A DNA stretch of 32,000 bases from Candidatus Poseidoniaceae archaeon (GTDB lineage: Archaea > Thermoplasmatota > Poseidoniia > Poseidoniales > Poseidoniaceae), in assembly GCA_943789275.1 (NCBI GenBank), contig CALSTM010000003.1, forward strand, positions 390,001 to 422,000, given 5' to 3'. Every line of letters begins with the position of its first letter. The first letter of the stretch is position 1. Position numbers and translations under genes: made by a program. Below, in pieces: positions 9,862 to 16,116 of the stretch. The notes under the pieces were generated by a model that did not search any database, was not told the DNA's origin, and worked only from the letters and a program-made list of their open reading frames with translations.

Positions 9862-10254
9862 ATGAGCGAAGAACTGACAGTTGAATCACGCATTTCACCA
9901 CCTGCTCTCTCTTGTCCCAAATGCGACGGTCTGCTTCCCAATGAACTGGGTGAACTCACTTGTACCCTCTGCGATGCCCGTGTACGTGTCGATCATCCGG
10001 TCACCCGTAGAAAGTGGAGTGAAGAGAAGATCGGTTGCCCAGAATGCGGTAAAGTACTCGTGACTGGTGTAGATAAGCGCCCGGCCCATTTACGCTGCGC
10101 TTCGTGCTCAACACACTTCACCCTCACCCCTCACATACCACGAGTGGAAGTTTCGTGTCCCGGATGTGAACGCCAATTGAGAATGAAACGCAGGCCAGGT
10201 GAACGGCAAATCGATTGCCCTGCATGTTCAAAGAGTTTCAAGGTCACCTTCTGA
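9862..10254 (+). CDS. Small protein made of three tandem CxxC...CxxC zinc-ribbon modules (MJ0042-like zinc fingers)
   Basis: Twelve Cys arranged as CPKC-x16-CTLC, CPEC-x18-CASC and CPGC-x16-CPAC. Each second pair is followed by a short beta-like segment (RVRV, HFTL, SFKV). GGAG lies upstream of the ATG. Confidence 0.7.
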   Translation: MSEELTVESRISPPALSCPKCDGLLPNELGELTCTLCDARVRVDHPVTRRKWSEEKIGCPECGKVLVTGVDKRPAHLRCASCSTHFTLTPHIPRVEVSCPGCERQLRMKRRPGERQIDCPACSKSFKVTF

Positions 10255-10311
10255 ATCATCTGCTTTCCTCTTGGGTTTTCCAATGGGCCAATCGCTCGCG
10301 AATGTGAGAAT

Positions 10312-10357
10312 AATAATTCAGTAACCACCAATTATTAGTTTTCATTAAATAGTTAAT
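10312..10357 (+). promoter_or_regulatory. AT-rich palindromes plus a TATA-like element upstream of the ZnuA-like gene (candidate operator/promoter)
   Basis: A perfect inverted repeat AATAATT-n11-AATTATT lies at 10312-10336. A second palindrome ATTAA-atag-TTAAT (10344-10357) overlaps an AT-rich TATA-like stretch 16-30 nt upstream of the ATG at 10373, which would give a short-leader or leaderless arrangement. Confidence 0.4.
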
Positions 10358-10372
10358 AGGAAACCGCACGGC

Positions 10373-13174
10373 ATGAACAACAACCGTATGAGAGTCGTTT
10401 TCGTTAGCCTAATTATGATTTTTTCAAGTCTTGCTGGATGTCTTGGTGATGAAGAAATTGAAGCAATTGAAGAGGCCACTGACCTCTTGGATGATGGAAC
10501 AAATTCCACAATGGATGGAAACAATTCGACCGTTTTGGGCGTGTTGGGAAGCGTCATGGTTTCAACATACCACATTGGAGAACTCGTGAAAGGAATTGCC
10601 GGCGAACATGTCGATATGGAATACATGAGTCTTGACAACATTCCAGTCCACGATTTTGAGCCATCAGCTTCAGATCTCATACGATTGCAGAACTCTGATG
10701 TTTTCTTCTACCACGGATTGGGACTCGAGCCTTGGGTCGATGCAACTCTCGATTCACTTGGTAGCGACGCTCCTACCGCAATTCAAGTCCACACTATGCC
10801 AGATGGAGAGGCTACACTTGACTATGAATCTCTCCTCGTATCCAATTTGTGCGAGACTCTTTCCGAAGGGCCGTACGAAGCCGTTGAACTTGCTGACGAA
10901 GAAGAACACGCTGACGATGTAGAAATCCACGCTGAATTCGTCGCACACAACATTTCTTTTGCTGAGGATGACCACGATGACCACGATGACCACGGTGAGG
11001 AAGACAATCACACAGAGGATGGTCATGACGTCCATGCTGGTGAGGAAGAGGAGCATGACGATCATGGCGATGGTCACGAAGGCCACAACCACGTTGAGGC
11101 TGAAGAAACCATTGCCAACCCTGCAGGATGCCCTGCTGACACAATGATCTCCATCTTCCACCTTGAAGAAGGAGAATATGTCCTTGAATTCGATGCTGAA
11201 CACGCTGAAGATTTCACCATGGCAGTTCTCAAGATGCTCGGCGGCCACGCTCACCACGACCACGGAGACGAGCACGGAGACGAGCACGGTGACGAACATG
11301 GCGAAGAAGGACACGGCGTTTGCCATGACATGTCTGACCACTCCAACAATGACATCGACAATGAAGAGGACTGTGAAGCAGGCGGATTCATCTGGATGGA
11401 AGAAGACGACCACGATGACCACGAAGGCGATTATTGTCACGATACAACAACGCATCAAAACACGAACCACACCACTGAGGCAGACTGTGAAGCAGCAGGT
11501 CACATGTGGATGGAAGAAGACGGACATGACGGCCACGATGATCATGACGGTCACGAAGACCACATGACTCCAGAACAAGCGCTCGAAGATTGCGATTCAA
11601 ACAACGACAGTTACATGTCTTGGGATGAATTTTCGGATTGCTATCATGATGACCATGATGACCATGATGAGCACCATGAGGAACACCACAACGTTGTTGT
11701 CATGTACCCCGACAACAGTATGGCAATGTACGAAGCCGAACACGACGCTCTACCAGAAAACGCTACAGGATGGAACCTAACGCACGCTGCTTTGATGGTG
11801 AATGGTAACATGAATGTCAACATCACGACCCATCCAGATTACGGTACCAGCCTGAACGGCATCAACGGAACCGATGCTCCTGATGACTATTCATGGTACT
11901 GGCAACTCCTGCTTTGGAACTCCACATCCACCCCCCCCTCATGGGAGTCAAGCGAACATGGAATTGATTCAGTTATGATTGGTGAAAATTTCAGTAACCT
12001 TTTGGGCTCCGGTGCATCTGTATCCGAACACATCGCTTGGATGGCAAACTCATCGAACATGTCCCTCTTGCCTGACCCAACAATGATGGAAGACGACCAT
12101 GATGAACACGATGACGGCCACGGTACAGACATGGTATGCTACGATATGAGTACCCACACAGTCAACCCAGCCTATACAACTGAAGCCGATTGCGAGGCTG
12201 CTGGCCTCATGTGGACCGCAGGAACAAGCGGGCCAGGCGACCTGATGACCGATGACCATGAGGACCACGTCGAACTTACCGAAGGACAACTTATGGAAGC
12301 GTTCAACGCATCAGATGCTGATGGTGACCAATTGTTGAACATCTCCGAAATCGGTGAACTCATCGAAAGGATTGAAGAACTCGAAGAGGGTGACCACCAC
12401 GCTGGATACATGACCATTCACATTCAAGCAGAAGGTGACTATGGCTTTGCTCTACCAATGGATGTAGAATTCCATATCCTGATGGGCGAAGGCGGCCATG
12501 ACGACCACGCAGGCCATGATGACCACGACATGGCAAAAGACGATACACGACGACCACGCTGGCGAAGAACGACTGATGACCACGAAGGCGAAGAAGGCGA
12601 TGACCATGATGACCACGCTGGCGAAGAAGGGGCTCTTGATTACGACCCACACAGTTGGCTCAACCCACTTGCTTTCATGGCTCAAGCCAGCATCGTTGAG
12701 GACGCTCTAACCGCTGCTTTCCCTGCTGGCGAGGAAGTCTTCAAGGCAAACGCTGCGAGTTACACTACACAGTTACTTGCTCTTCACGTTGCTTTTGATA
12801 CTGCCTTCGGAGAAGGTGGAGCTTGTATGGTTGAAGGTCAAGAAAAGATCGTGGCTGCTAACCACAACGCCTACTCCTACATCGCAGTACAATACGATAT
12901 TCAATTCATGACTGTCCACGGCCTTGACCCTGAAGGAGAACCTTCTCCTGAAGATGTTGCAAAGGTTGTTGACTTCATCAATGAAGAAGGAATCACTGTT
13001 CTGTTTGTAGAGGAATACACCGATCAATCAGCAGTGCAAAGCATTGTTGATGAAACCGGCGTATCGATTCAAACCCTTTACACCATGGAAATGGCACCAA
13101 GTGATACTGATGACACGTACATGACCATGATGACCAAGAACTTGGAAAACCTTGTTGCCGGAATCGGTTGCTGA
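10373..13174 (+). CDS. znuA: ZnuA/TroA-family (cluster 9) zinc-binding lipoprotein with a roughly 616-aa His/Asp/Glu-rich multi-module insertion
   Basis: Signal peptide plus lipobox (FSSLAGC). The N-lobe has PVH(93)DFEPSASD and LGLEPWVD. The C-lobe has DPH(760)SWLNP, ANH(831)NAYSYI and VLFVEEYTDQS. His at the third ligand position is the Zn-type rather than Mn/Fe-type signature. Residues about 141-756 occupy the position of the family's His-rich loop. Confidence 0.85.
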   Translation: MNNNRMRVVFVSLIMIFSSLAGCLGDEEIEAIEEATDLLDDGTNSTMDGNNSTVLGVLGSVMVSTYHIGELVKGIAGEHVDMEYMSLDNIPVHDFEPSASDLIRLQNSDVFFYHGLGLEPWVDATLDSLGSDAPTAIQVHTMPDGEATLDYESLLVSNLCETLSEGPYEAVELADEEEHADDVEIHAEFVAHNISFAEDDHDDHDDHGEEDNHTEDGHDVHAGEEEEHDDHGDGHEGHNHVEAEETIANPAGCPADTMISIFHLEEGEYVLEFDAEHAEDFTMAVLKMLGGHAHHDHGDEHGDEHGDEHGEEGHGVCHDMSDHSNNDIDNEEDCEAGGFIWMEEDDHDDHEGDYCHDTTTHQNTNHTTEADCEAAGHMWMEEDGHDGHDDHDGHEDHMTPEQALEDCDSNNDSYMSWDEFSDCYHDDHDDHDEHHEEHHNVVVMYPDNSMAMYEAEHDALPENATGWNLTHAALMVNGNMNVNITTHPDYGTSLNGINGTDAPDDYSWYWQLLLWNSTSTPPSWESSEHGIDSVMIGENFSNLLGSGASVSEHIAWMANSSNMSLLPDPTMMEDDHDEHDDGHGTDMVCYDMSTHTVNPAYTTEADCEAAGLMWTAGTSGPGDLMTDDHEDHVELTEGQLMEAFNASDADGDQLLNISEIGELIERIEELEEGDHHAGYMTIHIQAEGDYGFALPMDVEFHILMGEGGHDDHAGHDDHDMAKDDTRRPRWRRTTDDHEGEEGDDHDDHAGEEGALDYDPHSWLNPLAFMAQASIVEDALTAAFPAGEEVFKANAASYTTQLLALHVAFDTAFGEGGACMVEGQEKIVAANHNAYSYIAVQYDIQFMTVHGLDPEGEPSPEDVAKVVDFINEEGITVLFVEEYTDQSAVQSIVDETGVSIQTLYTMEMAPSDTDDTYMTMMTKNLENLVAGIGC
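11261..11308 (+). repeat. 12-nt tandem repeat (4 units) encoding (HGDE)n inside znuA
   Basis: The units are cacggagacgag, cacggagacgag, cacggtgacgaa, catggcgaagaa. The array is in frame (HGDEHGDEHGDEHGEE) and is slippage-prone. Confidence 0.8.
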
Positions 13175-13230
13175 TCAGAAGATTATTCAGTCTCACAATC
13201 GAATCTTAGATTCAAATAGAGGTGAAGGAA

Positions 13231-13350
13231 ATGCATTATGTAGACGCACTGCCAATTCTTTTTGTGGGTACTGTATTTGTCTGCTTCTTCGGATACTTGC
13301 TGTTTGAATCTTTCTGGATAAGACAATCGAATCAGGACGAAGAATGGTGA
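13231..13350 (+). CDS. Unannotated 39-aa single-pass membrane peptide between znuA and znuC
   Basis: The ATG is preceded by GAGGTGA with a 5-nt spacer. Translation is MHYVDALPILFVGTVFVCFFGYLLFESFWIRQSNQDEEW*. It has a hydrophobic helix followed by a polar/acidic tail. It falls below the 60-aa ORF-track cutoff. Confidence 0.5.
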   Translation: MHYVDALPILFVGTVFVCFFGYLLFESFWIRQSNQDEEW

Positions 13351-13440
13351 TGAAAGTCCGATTGATTGTTCGAATTGAATGCAAAGAACTCACCCAACAT
13401 GGTAGTGCTTAATATGCAACCTCTAGCGGTCGGTCAAGTG

Positions 13441-14262
13441 ATGAAACAATCGGAATCAATCCTCGACATCAAGGATTTGACCGTCAGCCGTTCGGGCAAG
13501 GTTGTTCTCAACAAAGTCGATTTGGCAGTAAAGAAAGGTGAATTTATTGGCCTTGTGGGGCCGAATGGTAGTGGTAAATCAACGCTTTTACTTGCTATAC
13601 TCGGTGTTTTGAAAGCCCAGCAAGGAACCATCGATATATACGGCCATAAACCGATGTCCAGAAATATACTTGGCAAAATTGGTTGGGTCTCTCAAGCTGC
13701 TGCAGTGATGCCGAAGAACGTCCGAATCACTGTTCGAGAACTTATTCAACTTGGAACTTTGAACTCGAGGAACATGTTCTTGAGAAGAAGAAGTATTCAT
13801 CGAGAGAAGGTCGACAGGGCAATGGAAATGGTCGGTTTAGAAGGTGTTGGAGATCATGCCATCGCTCGACTCTCTGGAGGGCAACGTCAGCGTGCTGTTA
13901 TTGGCCGAGCTTTAGCATCCGAAGCAGAATTTATTTTGCTTGATGAACCTCTTGTAGGCATTGACCGCAACTCTCGCAACTCATTGTTGAAGTTACTCGA
14001 CAAACTTTGTCACGACGAAAACAAGACAATTCTCATGGTATCACACGACCTTGCTGCTATACGTCAGACTGCCCATCGTATGATTTACCTCGAAGAATCG
14101 ATACGATTCGATGGACCGACTCAAGAGTTCCCGGACCTCACAAGTCTTGCTGGACTGCGAGGTATTGAGCCGGTGCATGGGCATGAACATGAAACGAATA
14201 TTTCGAATTCTATTATGATCGAAACCGATAACGCAGAACTGTCCAAAAAGGAGGAAGAATAA
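13441..14262 (+). CDS. znuC: ABC transporter ATP-binding protein, ZnuC-type
   Basis: Walker A GPNGSGKST, signature LSGGQRQR, Walker B ILLDEP, H-loop SHDL. The ORF-track start 13366 is TTG. ATG options are 13399, 13414 and 13441, and 13441 gives the family-typical spacing to Walker A. The C-terminal tail contains HGHEHE. Confidence 0.85.
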   Translation: MKQSESILDIKDLTVSRSGKVVLNKVDLAVKKGEFIGLVGPNGSGKSTLLLAILGVLKAQQGTIDIYGHKPMSRNILGKIGWVSQAAAVMPKNVRITVRELIQLGTLNSRNMFLRRRSIHREKVDRAMEMVGLEGVGDHAIARLSGGQRQRAVIGRALASEAEFILLDEPLVGIDRNSRNSLLKLLDKLCHDENKTILMVSHDLAAIRQTAHRMIYLEESIRFDGPTQEFPDLTSLAGLRGIEPVHGHEHETNISNSIMIETDNAELSKKEEE

Positions 14263-15176
14263 TGGGAATCGGTATGATGATTTTAGACTTGGTTTCTCCG
14301 ATTCTCGAGTTCATTGCACCGATGGTTCCGGGAGATACTTTTCCATATTTCTTCACTATGGAAATGTTTCAACGTGCACTTGTTGCAGCAATACTGGTAA
14401 CAATGGTTGCTGGTGTACTCGGCTCGTTTTTGTTGATTCGAAACCTTGCACTTATTGGAGATGGTTTAGCTCACGTTTCTTTTGGTGGTGTGGCTGTAGG
14501 CGTAGTATTAGGTGCTTCATCACCACTCTGGTACGCATTGGTATTCAGCGTGATTTCGGCGATCATCATTCATGAAATGCAGACCAGAGAATTGCTTACA
14601 GGCGATGCTTCAATTGCGATATTCTTGACCGGAATGCTGGCACTGGGGCTGGTTGTTTTACGCGTATTTGGTGGAGGTATCACAAGCGATATTGAAGGAT
14701 ACCTGTTCGGTAGTTTACTTCTTATTGATGAGCAAAGTCTTGATTTAATTGCCACCATCACGATTCTATCACTCATTTCACTTATGGCACTCTATTCTGG
14801 TTTGCTTTCGACCACCATTGACCCGCTTGCTGCACGCGTTCAGGGGCTTCCAGTTCGAGCGATTGGGCTTGTGTTCAGCATCATCACTGCGGCTGTAGTT
14901 GTGAGCATGGTTCAAGTGATTGGGGCTTTACTTGTCACGGCGTTACTGGTAACGCCAGCTGCTACGGCACAATTGGTTGGTCGCAGTTTCCGTTCTTGCC
15001 TCATTTGGACACAAATCTTTGGTCTTTCTGCCGTTTTCCTCGGCCTGTATTTTTCTGCAGAACACGATTCTGGAAGTGGAGCGATGATTGCGCTTGTTGC
15101 AGCTTCCCTTTTTGCCATAGTGGCCATTTTCAAAACCGTCGTTCTCGGTTTGATGAGTCCGAAGGATAACTTCTAA
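14262..15176 (+). CDS. znuB: ABC-3 family permease, ZnuB-type
   Basis: Polytopic hydrophobic protein following ZnuC with a TAATG stop/start overlap. GGAGG lies 8 nt upstream. A T5 run follows the stop. Confidence 0.85.
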   Translation: MGIGMMILDLVSPILEFIAPMVPGDTFPYFFTMEMFQRALVAAILVTMVAGVLGSFLLIRNLALIGDGLAHVSFGGVAVGVVLGASSPLWYALVFSVISAIIIHEMQTRELLTGDASIAIFLTGMLALGLVVLRVFGGGITSDIEGYLFGSLLLIDEQSLDLIATITILSLISLMALYSGLLSTTIDPLAARVQGLPVRAIGLVFSIITAAVVVSMVQVIGALLVTALLVTPAATAQLVGRSFRSCLIWTQIFGLSAVFLGLYFSAEHDSGSGAMIALVAASLFAIVAIFKTVVLGLMSPKDNF

Positions 15177-15239
15177 TTGTGATTTTTGGGCCTAAACGAA
15201 GTTCTTTCTTTGTAGAAGCAATTTTTCAATCAGCAAACC

Positions 15240-16040
15240 ATGCGTTTGATTCGTTGGCGTTTTATATCAGTCGGTGCAGCAACTCTCATGGGACAAAGCA
15301 AGTGTTCGTGGGTTTTGCTTTTGCTTCTTTTTTCGAGCTTAAGTGGCTGTTTATCGGGCGACCAGTCGGAATCATCTCTTTCCCTTAACGTCGTTGCTGA
15401 TATCGAAAACACCACTCTTGTCGAGACGTATTCCAACGGGGAATTGGTTTCTGTAACGAACATCTCGGTGATGTATGACTTTTCACAGACCACCTCGAAC
15501 CACCCACTGGTCACGTTCGGAATCGACCCTATGGATGGAAGATCTCCGACAACCGTAGATGCTGGCACCGAATCACAAATAGAAATGAATTTTGAAAACC
15601 ACGGAATCTACAACATTCTTGCCTACGCAATTGATTCAAACGGCGGCGAACAACGAATAAATCTCACGTTGCGAATAGACTTGATGATCGATTGGACCGA
15701 ATCGAATACCCGCAACCCGAAGGCATTGATTTTCGACCCCATACCGGTGAACGGTGGGCCAAATCCGACAATGGTTGAAATTCAATCAACCGTTGAAAAC
15801 CCCAGTTTCCTCGAAAATCTAGACAGCAGTTCTCAACCAGTTCAGGTGACTTGGAATATCGTTGATGAACTCGATGATGTCTGTCAGCAGAAAACCGCAC
15901 AAATTGATGACGGAGAATCAGATGATTGGTACACTTTGCACTTCAATACCTTTCTGGTTCACGAGTTGGAAGTGTCCTATGATGACGGGCAAGATACGGT
16001 GGACATCTCTCATTTGGTGACTATCTTGTATTCCTCATGA
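15240..16040 (+). CDS. Predicted secreted lipoprotein, unknown function (Ig/PKD-like beta-rich)
   Basis: Signal peptide with lipobox LLLLLFSSLSGC. Beta-rich, with a PKD-like segment (GIYNILAYAIDSNGGEQRINLTLRID). An alternative start is M17 at 15288. Confidence 0.5.
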   Translation: MRLIRWRFISVGAATLMGQSKCSWVLLLLLFSSLSGCLSGDQSESSLSLNVVADIENTTLVETYSNGELVSVTNISVMYDFSQTTSNHPLVTFGIDPMDGRSPTTVDAGTESQIEMNFENHGIYNILAYAIDSNGGEQRINLTLRIDLMIDWTESNTRNPKALIFDPIPVNGGPNPTMVEIQSTVENPSFLENLDSSSQPVQVTWNIVDELDDVCQQKTAQIDDGESDDWYTLHFNTFLVHELEVSYDDGQDTVDISHLVTILYSS

Positions 16041-16116
16041 GACCCCTACTCAATAGGATTTAGACGGTGTAAAGCACGATACCACGGTTTAACTACAGTT
16101 CACTTCACGGCGTAAT

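Noticed and set aside
10754-11578. A 274-aa minus-strand ORF, and several 60-130-aa ORFs in other frames, overlie the His-rich part of znuA.
   Set aside because: They are antisense or alternate-frame artefacts of GAY-CAY low-complexity DNA (read as V/T/M-rich strings). They have no start context, and the sense frame has clear family homology at both ends.
13193-13393. A 66-aa minus-strand ORF lies in the znuA-znuC spacer.
   Set aside because: It has no SD and is oriented opposite to the operon. The same DNA encodes a plus-strand 39-aa ORF with a strong SD, which is the better explanation.
5565-16040. Could the tRNA-Leu-flanked segment (HAD plus the metal cluster) be an integrated genomic island?
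   Set aside because: There is no integrase or transposase. I found no direct repeat of the tRNA 3' end elsewhere in the window, and no visible compositional break by eye. I treat it as native chromosome.
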